A stretch of 64,000 bases of DNA from Oscillospiraceae bacterium (lineage in GTDB: Bacteria > Bacillota > Clostridia > Monoglobales > WRAG01): contig WRAG01000010.1 in the NCBI GenBank assembly GCA_009780345.1, positions 251 to 64,250 on the forward strand, in the 5' to 3' direction. Both the position numbers and the translations under genes were made by a program. Of this stretch, positions 42,583-52,069 are shown in pieces; the stretch's first letter is position 1; each line of letters begins with the position of its first letter. The notes below the pieces were generated by a model, which was not told the origin of the DNA, did no database searches, and saw only the letters and a list, made by a program, of their open reading frames with translations.

Positions 42583-45399
42583 GTGCTTAAAAAGCTAATA
42601 TCGACAATAATTGTAATAGTAATGTTTATATCGATTTTGCCTGCCCTCGCCATGCCTGACGTCAATGACCATTGGGCAAATGACGCAATTCAGCGTTGGT
42701 ATGACTTCGGCGTAGTCAGAGGTTACGACGACGGAACTTTCCGCCCCAATAACCTCATCACCCGCGCCGAATTCGCGACAATTATCAACCGCGTTTTAGA
42801 AAGCAACGCAACATCCGACGCAACGTTCCCCGACGTCGCCCAAAACGCTTGGTACGCAAGCGAAATACGGCAAGCGTACGCAACCGGCTTTATGCGCGGC
42901 GACGCGGACGGCACAATGCGCCCGAACGACAATGTTACCCGCGAGGAAGCGGCGGTTATGCTTGGCCGCGCCTTTAATGTGGCGGAAAATAGCGGAAACG
43001 AAAATCCTTTCGCCGACGCAGACGAAATTTCCGGCTGGGCAAGCTATCATGTCGACGGAATGAGAGCGGCAGGGTATATTACGGGCTATTACGACGGAAC
43101 TTTCCGCCCGCGGAACTATATTACCCGCGCGGAAACCGTGATTTTGATTGACCGAATCGCGTTAGAGTTTTATGAAGAAAATAATCGACCTACAACGCCC
43201 GCGCCGCCCATTATCGGCGGACCTTCGGGCGGCGGAAACTTTGGCGGCGGCGGTGGCAGACAACCGGGACCATCAGGACCTCCGATGCCGGGGCCGGGAC
43301 CGAGTCCTCAACCGTTCGTGTTCGAAATTCCAAGCGAAATCCGCGTGTCATCGCAAAGCCGCTTTTACCTTATAGATATAATCCAACTTTCCGACAACAC
43401 GATAGTAACATCTGAATTTTTGAATCATTCCGGCGAAGGTTCGCATATAAGTTTTGGCGGCGTGATTGACGAAATAGGCAAACAAATATTACTTCACGCC
43501 GGTGGGTGGAATATTGAACCGAGCAGCGAATTCACCCTTGAATTCACCGCAACCCGCGGAACCGAAACCTTGACACGTCAAATGACCGTAATTATCGAAG
43601 AATCAGAATGGTATTCTATTAATGCGAACAATATGCTTTGGGCGCGCACCCCGATAATACTTCCCGATATTACCGGCGATTATTGGATTAGCTATACGGT
43701 TTGGTATCGCGACGTAAGAAACGGCCGGATATTTGGTGGCGGTCGCGGGCGGAGCACTCTCCCCGCCGGCGAATTTGAAGTTATCGCAGGCGGCGTGATT
43801 CATAATTTCAATGGTTTCAGCGAAGAATTCAGCGAACTCGGCGGAATAATAGGATATGAAGACTCAACCTATGATATTGATTATTTGACCTCAATTATCT
43901 CTCCGAGACCGCCGCCGCCACCGCCGCCGCGTCCGTTTATTATGCCCGAGCACGATTTTGACTTAATCCCAAGCGTGCCGCCGCAAAACGTGATAATCAC
44001 GCAAGAGGACGTTAATAATTTCCACGAAATGGGAGATTATCATTGGGTGACAAAAGAACTACCCACAATCACCCTTGTGCCGCGCGCGCGAAGAACGTTC
44101 TCGCTTACAGGCATAATAATCGCACCAAGTAGCGTTACGGGAACGGCGAGTGTCACAGGAACGGCGTATGTGACCTTACAAAGCAGAATGGAAGATTTCT
44201 ATTTCGGACATAGGTACACCCGAACAATCGAAGTTCCGATAAACGACATACTCACGGAGTATAGGTTCGACAACGTTCCAATGGGCGTATATGATATAAT
44301 CGTTGACTTAAACCGAACCAATATTGCGCAAATCTCGACGGTTCTAAACCAAAACCGAACAGGTCACAACATCGTACTAATCGCGTCGGACAGAGAAATG
44401 GGGCGCGTTGCGGGAACCATAACCATCGACCGCGCCGTGGATTGGGATATGAGCGTATGGGTTAACATTTCCAGAGGTTATTCTAATTTTTGCCCTGAAT
44501 CAGGCGCGGGAAGCAGCTGGTCAGTCTCATATTGGGGGGACGGCTTTATTATCCCCGCAGGACAAACAAGCGTAGACTTCCTTTCCTCGCGACTGCCGAC
44601 CGGCGAATATGATATTCAGGTTTCTATAGCGAACACTTTAACCGATTATATTTCAGATGCCGTTCAAATAACCAACACTACCGTGCAAAAAGACTTCGAT
44701 TTCACCGTCGGACAGAGAATCACCGGAAGAGTTGAAAATTGGCAACGGTTTGCAGAACCATGGATGCCTAGTAATAATCCGAATAGAGTAATAGTAAGCC
44801 TTGTCCATCCATACACGCTAACTTCAAGATCGATGACGATCGCTCCGTTCCCTCGTCCGCCGTCGGGTGGTGGCACGTGGCCTTGGCCGTCGCCAAGCGG
44901 AAATTTCGGATTTCACGGTCTTGAAAGCGGAACATATGAAGTCAGCGTTGTATTGGAACGGTGGACTTCCGGAAGTTTTCAAACAATTGTGCTCGCCAGA
45001 GAAGAAATCATTATCACCGATTCCGACATTTCGGGCGTAAACTTCGACCTTGCCGACGTTAATCTTTCTTACGAAATCGAGCGTATCGAATTTGAGGGCG
45101 TAGAACTGTCGCAAGATCCGAACAACCCGACGATTTTGCCGTTCCCTAATACTGTGCAAATTGTAGGTAACACCATTTTCGCACATAGGCAGGTTAGTAT
45201 ATATAGGTATATTAATGGCGTACATCAAGGTATATTAAGAGATAGATTTGGAAGCGACAGCACAATAAACATTCCAATGTGGTGGGGAAATGATGAACCG
45301 ATTTCGTTTCAAATTGTCGTTCGCAATTTTGACGGCACATTCCTTGCCGAAAGCGCAACATACTATGTTATTTTGAGTTATAATGGGCATAGCGTGTAG
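42583..45399 (+). CDS. 938-aa surface protein with three N-terminal SLH repeats, Pro/Gly linkers and beta-sandwich-like C-terminal domains. Its last codons and stop come from MITE copy 3.
   Basis: RBS AAGGAG with GTG start. Signal peptide. SLH repeats (DVNDHWANDAI..ITRAE, FPDVAQNAWY..VTREE, FADADEISGW..ITRAE). Linkers GGGRQPGPSGPPMPGPGPSP and RPPPPPPPRP. The final codons aat ggg cat agc gtg tag lie inside the repeat. Confidence 0.8.
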   Translation: MLKKLISTIIVIVMFISILPALAMPDVNDHWANDAIQRWYDFGVVRGYDDGTFRPNNLITRAEFATIINRVLESNATSDATFPDVAQNAWYASEIRQAYATGFMRGDADGTMRPNDNVTREEAAVMLGRAFNVAENSGNENPFADADEISGWASYHVDGMRAAGYITGYYDGTFRPRNYITRAETVILIDRIALEFYEENNRPTTPAPPIIGGPSGGGNFGGGGGRQPGPSGPPMPGPGPSPQPFVFEIPSEIRVSSQSRFYLIDIIQLSDNTIVTSEFLNHSGEGSHISFGGVIDEIGKQILLHAGGWNIEPSSEFTLEFTATRGTETLTRQMTVIIEESEWYSINANNMLWARTPIILPDITGDYWISYTVWYRDVRNGRIFGGGRGRSTLPAGEFEVIAGGVIHNFNGFSEEFSELGGIIGYEDSTYDIDYLTSIISPRPPPPPPPRPFIMPEHDFDLIPSVPPQNVIITQEDVNNFHEMGDYHWVTKELPTITLVPRARRTFSLTGIIIAPSSVTGTASVTGTAYVTLQSRMEDFYFGHRYTRTIEVPINDILTEYRFDNVPMGVYDIIVDLNRTNIAQISTVLNQNRTGHNIVLIASDREMGRVAGTITIDRAVDWDMSVWVNISRGYSNFCPESGAGSSWSVSYWGDGFIIPAGQTSVDFLSSRLPTGEYDIQVSIANTLTDYISDAVQITNTTVQKDFDFTVGQRITGRVENWQRFAEPWMPSNNPNRVIVSLVHPYTLTSRSMTIAPFPRPPSGGGTWPWPSPSGNFGFHGLESGTYEVSVVLERWTSGSFQTIVLAREEIIITDSDISGVNFDLADVNLSYEIERIEFEGVELSQDPNNPTILPFPNTVQIVGNTIFAHRQVSIYRYINGVHQGILRDRFGSDSTINIPMWWGNDEPISFQIVVRNFDGTFLAESATYYVILSYNGHSV

Positions 45400-45569
45400 A
45401 AATGCTTGCATTTCTACTGCAAAATCAAAGATTTTGCATATTGAATTTGAAAAATTCAAATAATGCCCATTGCAATGAGGCGTGTAAAAATTTTCCATGA
45501 AAATTTTTGGCGGCGTTTTGCGCCGCGGCGAAATAGCTTTGCTATTTCGACAACACACTCTCATTATAA
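45378..45569 (+). repeat. 192-bp structured MITE-like repeat, copy 3
   Basis: Same termini and hairpins as copies 1 and 2. It overlaps the 3' end of the 42583..45399 ORF. Confidence 0.85.
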
Positions 45570-45611
45570 TGATTAAACGCTGAAAAGCGTTGACACATAA
45601 AGGATTTACAC

Positions 45612-45666
45612 AAAAATACCTATTGATATCCGGACCCAAGAGGGTCAGAAATCAATAGGTATTTCA
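45612..45666 (-). terminator. Long compound hairpin terminator downstream of the 2079-aa gene
   Basis: aaatacctattgat .. atcaataggtattt with an inner ggaccc-aaga-gggtc. A T-run follows on the minus strand. Confidence 0.7.
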
Positions 45667-45690
45667 ATTTGTATTAATCAACAGAATACT

Positions 45691-48600
45691 CTAGATAATC
45701 ACATCTTCCGCTCTCGCGTTCGGCAATTGCAACATTGCCCAGTTGCGCGCGGGGGCTTGGGGTGAGGAATTAGACGCAATCTGCATCGCCCAATAGAACC
45801 AAGCGCTTGTGTTCGCGTTATCTATCCAAGTTTTCATGTTCGCCGTATCAATATCGGTTGCCGTACGACTTAGCACACGGTTAACTATTGTCGCGAACTC
45901 TGCTCTTGTGATATTTGCGTCCGGATTAAAGTTTCCGTATTGATCACCCTGTATCCAACCGATTTGTGCCGCTAGGTTAATATTATTTCTCGCCCAACTG
46001 TCGGAAATATAAGGGAACATATCTGTTGTGCCACGATATTGCGCTTCGTCGTGTAAAAACCGTGTCATAACCGTGACAACTTCCGCCCGTGTAATTGGCA
46101 GATTCGGTCTGAAAGTGCCATCCGGAAAGCCTGTCATTATTCCCTTATGATTCGCCGTCGATATTGCATTGCTAAACCAAGCTTCGCCATTGTTCGGCAC
46201 ATCAGAGAACGGGTTTTCAAGCGTCCAGTAAGCGGCTCTCGTTTCATCGCTTACAATCCGTAAGAGAATGCTCGCCACTTCAGCGCGGGTAATAACATCG
46301 TTCGGCGCGATGTGGTTATTTCCTTCTCCGATAAGGTAGGAATAGTGAATTTCTGTCAAAGTAACATCCTGCCTAAATCCCGGGTCTTGAATTTCCGGTT
46401 CCCGATTTCCAGAATCTATAAATATCGGAGGTCTAAATACCGGATCGTTAAATCCCGGATTTTGATTAGCGGTCCAATGCGCGTATAGGGTGTGATCGCT
46501 TGTTTGTGTCACCAAACTTGATGCAAGTACACGCGTTCCGCCGTTTGCGTTAGTGAACCATCCCAAGAAGGTATGCCCTGCTCTGGTTGGCGTTGTGATT
46601 ACGTTAAACGCGCTTTGATATGTGCCGCCAACGGTAACTGACGCGGTTTGTGTTGCGGGCGCGCCGCCGTTTGCGTCGAATGTCACCGTAATAGTCGGCG
46701 GTGGCGGCGGCAGTTCAGGCGCCCATTGCGCGTAAAGAGTAGTATCTATCGATGGAACATTGCTCAAATCGGTAATTTGTGTCCCGCCCGTCTGCGCGTC
46801 AAACCAGCCTTGGAACACAAAACCCGTCTGCGTCGGCTCTGTCACCGAAGCGAGGATAGACGCGTAACTGCTACCTACCACGTTCCCGCTCACAACCAGT
46901 GGCGTCGGCGTTCCGCCGTTCCCGTCAAAGGTAATCGTCACCGTTGGAAGCGGCGCCCATTGCGCGTAAAGCGTTTGATCCGCCGTCGCCGTTACTATAT
47001 CGGCAGGCTGCACCTGCGTTCCGCCAATGATTTGCGTGAACCAACCTACAAAGTCGCTGTCTGCCATAATCGGAGTTGTAACAGCGGCGAATGGTGCTTC
47101 ATAGGTGTTACCGCTTATCGCTGGCTCTTCCTGCATGGCGGGCGTTGCTCCCAGCGAGTCAAAGATGATATTAATCTGAAGCGGTGCCCATTGCGCGTAA
47201 AGCGTTGTGTTTGTTGCCGGAATTATGTCCGCGTCTGCAATCTTGACGCCTCCTGTCGGCGCGTCAAACCAACCGAGGAACGTGTAAAATTCTTGCGTAG
47301 GCTCTGTAACTGAAGCAAGCGTAACGGCATAAGTGCCGCCGATAATTTTGCCGGATACGACTTGAATTGCTGGTGTTCCGCCGTTCGCGTCAAAGGTTAT
47401 CGTAACTGTCGGGTCTGCAATCCAATGCGCGTAAAGCGTTTGATCTGCTGTTGCTGTTACGATCGTTGTGTCGAGAATTTGCACGCCGCTCGTATCTCCG
47501 TTAGGCGTGGTAAACCAGCCGGCAAAAATATAGCCGAATTGTGTTGGTGTTGCGACTTGCGACAAAGCACTTGCGTATGTGCCTGTCACTTGAACCGGTG
47601 TTACTGTCTGCGTTGCAGGCGTGCCCCCCTGTGCGTCAAAGGTGACGGTGATAGTGGGAACCGGCGCCCACTGCGCGTAAAGCGTCGTATCCGCCGACGG
47701 AACAGAGCTTGAATCGGTAATCTGCGTGCCGCCCGTCTGTGCGTCAAACCAGCCTTGGAACACAAAATCGGTTTGCGTCGGTTCGGAGACCGAAGCGAGG
47801 ATAGGCGCATAGCTGTTGTTAGGCGCGTTTCCGCTCACAACCTGCGTCGTGGGATCGCCACCGTTCGCGTCAAAGGTGATAGTGACCGTCGGATCGGCAA
47901 TCCAGCGCGCGTAAAGCGTTTGATCCGCCGTCGCGGTAACCGTCGTCGTGTCGAGAATCTGCACAGCGCCCAATGTTCCGCTCGGCCCGGTAAACCAGCC
48001 GTTGAAAACGTAACCCGCGAGCGACGGATTCGCGATTTCGCCAAACGCCGCCGCGTATGTGCCGCCGACTGTAACCGTTGCCGTCTGCCCGTCGGGCGCG
48101 CCGCCCTGCGCGTCGAAAGTGACATTAATTGTCGGTTCGGGAGTCCACCACGCGTAAACGTAAACCGTTGTAGCATACGGAGGCACCAAGTACCCCGGGC
48201 TAACTGTGCTTCCGCCCATACCTTGCGGTTGGTCGTGCCAACCATTAAAGATATACCCCGCCAAAGTCGGCGTTGTAATTGCGTTAAGAGCAGAGGCGTA
48301 GGTTGAAAGAGGAATCTGACCGCCCACGGTCTGTGTCGCGGGGCTGCCGCCTTGCGCGTCAAATATTATCGTAACAGTAACTGAAACCCAGTGTGCGTAA
48401 AGGATTTGGTCGGTTGTCGCCGTCACAACTGTGGTCGGAAGAATCTGAACGCCGCTCGTATCTCCGTCCGGGGTTGTGAACCAGCCACTAAATGCGTAAC
48501 CCATTTTCGACGGAACTTGGACTTGGGACAGCGCGGGCCCGTAGAGAGTTCCGGTTTCCAATATTTGCTGTTGCCCGTCGGGCGTGCCGCCTTGCGCGTT

Positions 48601-51600
48601 GAAGGTTACGTTGATTGGCGGGATTGGAGCCCATTGGGCGTAGTATGTTGTGTCGGTTGCGGGGATTATGCTGCTGTTTGTGATCTCTGTCCCGCCCGTC
48701 TGCGCGTCATACCAGCCCATGAACGTGTAGCCGGGTAGGGTGGGAGGTTGGATAAAGTAATCCACTAAAACCTCCATGCCAACAACCGCGCCGCGCCGTA
48801 CTTGCGTTGCAGGCGAACCGCCTTGCGAGTCGAAAGTAAGTGTAACGGTGGGCGTGATGTCCCAATGGACATAAAGGGTGATTCCGTCGGGCGCATCCCA
48901 CACAATTGACGTTGGCAGAACTTGCACACCGCTTGTATCACCGTTTGGAGTCGTCCACCAGCCGCCGAAATAGTAATAATTGCCGCTCGGAGGGGTTGGG
49001 TCCGCTGTGGCCGACATCGCTTGCATAAAAGTTCCGCCTATCGTAACAGGCTCATGGTAAGCAAGCGTTTGGTCGGGCGAAAGCGTCGTTCCCGCGCCCG
49101 GAATTATGTCAGCCGGGTTAAAATATCCCCCCTGCGCGTCAAAAGTAACGGTGATAGTGGGAACCGGCGCCCACTGCGCGTAAAGCATCGTATCCACCGA
49201 CGGAACAGAGCTTGAATCTGTAATCTGCGTTCCGCCGCTCTGCGCGTCAAACCAGCCTTGGAACACAAATCCGAGCTGCGTCGGCTCTGTAACCGAAGCA
49301 AGGATAGGCGCATAGCTGCTACCCGGCGCGTTTCCGCTCACAACCTGCGTCGCGGGATCGCCGCCGTTCGCGTCAAAGGTAATTGTAAGTGTCGGATCGA
49401 CAATCCAGTGCGCGTAAAGGGTTTGATCCGCCGTCGCCGTAACCGTCGTCGTGTCGAGAATCTGCACGGCGCCCAATGTTCCGCTCGGCTCGGTAAACCA
49501 GCCGTTAAAAATGTAGCCCGCCAACGACGGATTCGCGATTTCGTCGAAAGCCGCCGCGTATGTGCCGCCGACTGTAACCGTCGCGGTTTGCCCGTCGGGC
49601 GCGCCGCCCTGCGCGTCGAAAGTGACATTAATTGTCGGCTCAGGCGTCCACCACGCGTAAACGTAAACCGTCGTAGCATACGGAGGCACCAAGTACCCCG
49701 GGCTCACTGTGCTTCCGCCCATGCCTTGCGGTTGATCGTGCCAACCATTAAAGATATAACCCGGCAAAGTCGGCGTTGTAATTGCGTTAAGAGCAGAGGC
49801 GTAGGTTGAAAGTGGAATCTGACCGCCCACGGTCTGTGTCGCGGGGCTGCCGCCTTGCGCGTCAAATATTATCGTAACAGTAACCGAAACCCAGTGCGCG
49901 TAAAGGATTTGGTCTGTCGTTTCCGTCACGACGGTGGTCGGGAGAATCTGAACGCCGCTCGTATCTCCGTCCGGCGTTGTGAACCAGCCACTAAATGCGT
50001 AGCCCATTTTCGACGGAACTTGGACTTGGGACAGCGCGGGGCCGTAGAGAGTTCCGGTTTCCAATATTTGCTGTTGCCCGTCGGGTGTGCCGCCTTGCGC
50101 GTTGAAGGTTACGTTGATTGGCGGGATTGGAGCCCATTGGGCGTAGTATGTCGTGTCGGTTGCGGGGATTATGCTGCTGTTCGTGATCTCCGTCCCGCCC
50201 GTCTGCGCGTCATACCAGCCCATGAACGTATAGCCGGGTAGCGTGGGGGTTGCAATCGCAAGGAGAGTGGCGGCAAATGTATCGCCGATGACTCTGCTTG
50301 GCACGACTTGAATGGGTGGCGTTCCGTCGTTTGCGTCAAAGGTAATAGTAACCGTCGGTTCGGCAATCCAATGCGCGTAAAGCGTTTGGTTTGTCATTGT
50401 TGTAACGACGGTATTGTTAAGAATTTGCACGCCGCTATTATCTCCATTCGGCGTGGTAAACCAACCGCGGAAAATATAGCCGGTTTGCGTCGGTGTTACA
50501 ACTTGCGACAAAGCGTTTGCGTATGTGCCGGTTACTTGAACCGATGTTACCGCCTGCGTTGCAGGCGTGCCGCCCTGCGCGTCGAAAGTCAGCGTAATTG
50601 GCGCCGCGTATTGCGCAACGTAAGCAGTATTATCGCTGATTAGCGTTGTAAGCACTTGGGCAGAGGTCAAAACAGTAACGCCGCCGTCCGATGACCAGCC
50701 GATAAACCCGTAATTTGCGTTAGGTTGCGGAATCGGTGATATAGTCGGGACAAGCGGACTATTAGTGGTGGGAATACTCTGTTGCGTCTGCGTTCCTGCC
50801 GTAAAAGTTCCATTTGTGCCCGGATCAAAGGTAACTGTCAGAGACATAATCATAGCGCCCGAATTATAATAGTTGATGTCAGAGTTATTGAGCGGACTGT
50901 TAAAAATAGAACTGTATATCGACTGTATCTGCGTTGACGTTGCTACGTTAGGCGGCGGAATTCGCGCGCCGTTTCCTGCAACGTTGCCTGTAAATACAAC
51001 ATTCGAACCAATGATTAGATTGTTATAAACATTGTTATGCAACGGATTACTATAGTCATTTTGCGCAGAAAATATACCGCCGCCGTTGCCGCTGGCGGTG
51101 TTATTGCTGATCGTGCCGCCGCTTATCGTTATCAGTCCGGACGCGTCAGTATGGATACCGCCGCCATAGACTGTGCGGTTATTGGTGATAAGTCCACCGG
51201 TCATGGTCAGATTCGCCGCCTTCAGCTCGACGCCGCCGCCAACTGCGACAGCAGAGGTCGCCACATTGCCGGTAATCATGCCGCCGGAGATGGTGCCGTA
51301 TCCGTTTCTGATTTCCACGCCACCGCCGCTTGAAGAAGCAGTATTTCCGCTGATTATGCCACCTGTCATGGTGAAGGTGCTATTGCCTTCCAAAAGTACG
51401 CCTCCGCCGGCCCAAGAGGAGGTATTGTTTGTAATAAGACCGTCGTTCATGATAAGCGATCCCTGATTGCTTACATGCACAGCGCCCCCGTATGCAGCGT
51501 TTCCGCCTCCGGGCGCACGGCTGTTTGTGATTGTGCCGCCGCTTTCGATCGTAAGCGTCCCTCCGAGAACATCCACGCCGCCGCCGACAATAGTGCCGCC

Positions 51601-51930
51601 CGGTCCGCTCAGCGTAACATTTTGAAGAGTCAAATTTCCGGTTACACTAAAGTGCCGCTGACCGGTCGTGGCTTGTGTAAAGGTAAATGTCGAACCTGCC
51701 ACGCTTGTGAGGACGATATTTTGACCGGCGGCGATTGCAATCGCCCCGCCGGTGGCAGAGAAACTGTTTTCAAGTTCAATCGTCGTCACCGTTCCGTCTG
51801 TCGGCGCCGCGGCAATAGCTACCGCAAGGTCACTATAGCTTGTGACACTAACCGGCGCCGCGAATACTGTGGGAGCGAGAAGTCCTCCCAAAAGAGCTAC
51901 AACTAAGAATAATGATAAAAACTTTTTCAT
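45691..51930 (-). CDS. 2079-aa SLH-anchored surface protein: PMP-type parallel beta-helix repeats, ~18 Flg_new repeats and 3 SLH repeats
   Basis: RBS GGAGGG and a signal peptide. GGA[VI]/GGG[VI] with F/I-x-x-N repeats (GGAVHVSNQGSLIMNDGLITNN, GGGVLLEGNSTFTMTGGIISGN, and others). I counted eighteen units ending Y[AV][QHR]W. SLH motifs with ITRAE three times. Confidence 0.85.
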   Translation of the reverse strand: MKKFLSLFLVVALLGGLLAPTVFAAPVSVTSYSDLAVAIAAAPTDGTVTTIELENSFSATGGAIAIAAGQNIVLTSVAGSTFTFTQATTGQRHFSVTGNLTLQNVTLSGPGGTIVGGGVDVLGGTLTIESGGTITNSRAPGGGNAAYGGAVHVSNQGSLIMNDGLITNNTSSWAGGGVLLEGNSTFTMTGGIISGNTASSSGGGVEIRNGYGTISGGMITGNVATSAVAVGGGVELKAANLTMTGGLITNNRTVYGGGIHTDASGLITISGGTISNNTASGNGGGIFSAQNDYSNPLHNNVYNNLIIGSNVVFTGNVAGNGARIPPPNVATSTQIQSIYSSIFNSPLNNSDINYYNSGAMIMSLTVTFDPGTNGTFTAGTQTQQSIPTTNSPLVPTISPIPQPNANYGFIGWSSDGGVTVLTSAQVLTTLISDNTAYVAQYAAPITLTFDAQGGTPATQAVTSVQVTGTYANALSQVVTPTQTGYIFRGWFTTPNGDNSGVQILNNTVVTTMTNQTLYAHWIAEPTVTITFDANDGTPPIQVVPSRVIGDTFAATLLAIATPTLPGYTFMGWYDAQTGGTEITNSSIIPATDTTYYAQWAPIPPINVTFNAQGGTPDGQQQILETGTLYGPALSQVQVPSKMGYAFSGWFTTPDGDTSGVQILPTTVVTETTDQILYAHWVSVTVTIIFDAQGGSPATQTVGGQIPLSTYASALNAITTPTLPGYIFNGWHDQPQGMGGSTVSPGYLVPPYATTVYVYAWWTPEPTINVTFDAQGGAPDGQTATVTVGGTYAAAFDEIANPSLAGYIFNGWFTEPSGTLGAVQILDTTTVTATADQTLYAHWIVDPTLTITFDANGGDPATQVVSGNAPGSSYAPILASVTEPTQLGFVFQGWFDAQSGGTQITDSSSVPSVDTMLYAQWAPVPTITVTFDAQGGYFNPADIIPGAGTTLSPDQTLAYHEPVTIGGTFMQAMSATADPTPPSGNYYYFGGWWTTPNGDTSGVQVLPTSIVWDAPDGITLYVHWDITPTVTLTFDSQGGSPATQVRRGAVVGMEVLVDYFIQPPTLPGYTFMGWYDAQTGGTEITNSSIIPATDTTYYAQWAPIPPINVTFNAQGGTPDGQQQILETGTLYGPALSQVQVPSKMGYAFSGWFTTPDGDTSGVQILPTTVVTATTDQILYAHWVSVTVTIIFDAQGGSPATQTVGGQIPLSTYASALNAITTPTLAGYIFNGWHDQPQGMGGSTVSPGYLVPPYATTVYVYAWWTPEPTINVTFDAQGGAPDGQTATVTVGGTYAAAFGEIANPSLAGYVFNGWFTGPSGTLGAVQILDTTTVTATADQTLYARWIADPTVTITFDANGGDPTTQVVSGNAPNNSYAPILASVSEPTQTDFVFQGWFDAQTGGTQITDSSSVPSADTTLYAQWAPVPTITVTFDAQGGTPATQTVTPVQVTGTYASALSQVATPTQFGYIFAGWFTTPNGDTSGVQILDTTIVTATADQTLYAHWIADPTVTITFDANGGTPAIQVVSGKIIGGTYAVTLASVTEPTQEFYTFLGWFDAPTGGVKIADADIIPATNTTLYAQWAPLQINIIFDSLGATPAMQEEPAISGNTYEAPFAAVTTPIMADSDFVGWFTQIIGGTQVQPADIVTATADQTLYAQWAPLPTVTITFDGNGGTPTPLVVSGNVVGSSYASILASVTEPTQTGFVFQGWFDAQTGGTQITDLSNVPSIDTTLYAQWAPELPPPPPTITVTFDANGGAPATQTASVTVGGTYQSAFNVITTPTRAGHTFLGWFTNANGGTRVLASSLVTQTSDHTLYAHWTANQNPGFNDPVFRPPIFIDSGNREPEIQDPGFRQDVTLTEIHYSYLIGEGNNHIAPNDVITRAEVASILLRIVSDETRAAYWTLENPFSDVPNNGEAWFSNAISTANHKGIMTGFPDGTFRPNLPITRAEVVTVMTRFLHDEAQYRGTTDMFPYISDSWARNNINLAAQIGWIQGDQYGNFNPDANITRAEFATIVNRVLSRTATDIDTANMKTWIDNANTSAWFYWAMQIASNSSPQAPARNWAMLQLPNARAEDVII
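47624..50247 (-). repeat. Two ~1.12-kb near-identical direct repeats at a 1503-nt offset inside the 2079-aa gene
   Basis: The protein block TLPGYTFMGWYDAQTGGTEITNSS ... YAQWAPVPTITVTFDAQGG (~385 aa) occurs twice with few substitutions. Antisense shadow ORF pairs share peptides at a 1503-nt offset: 47755..48306 with 49258..49809, and 48391..48738 with 49855..50241. Confidence 0.85.
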
Positions 51931-52069
51931 ATTAAACCCTCCTTTTAAATCTCCTTTGTGTTAAAAATATAACCCAAAAATTTCAAGTCAAGGGGACAAA
52001 ACAGCGTTTTATTCTAAAAAATCAATATACAATGCTGCGCGATAAGGTATTAGGGTTTGCCGAATGGCA

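Noticed and set aside
46648-50643. A series of plus-strand ORFs of 64-221 aa, rich in Arg, Cys and Val (for example 46648..47313, 47755..48306, 49258..49809), plus off-frame minus-strand ORFs inside the 2079-aa gene.
   Set aside because: They are shadow ORFs, antisense or off-frame, of a long and strongly supported gene. They have extreme low-complexity composition and no RBS. Their apparent conservation only mirrors the 1503-nt duplication.
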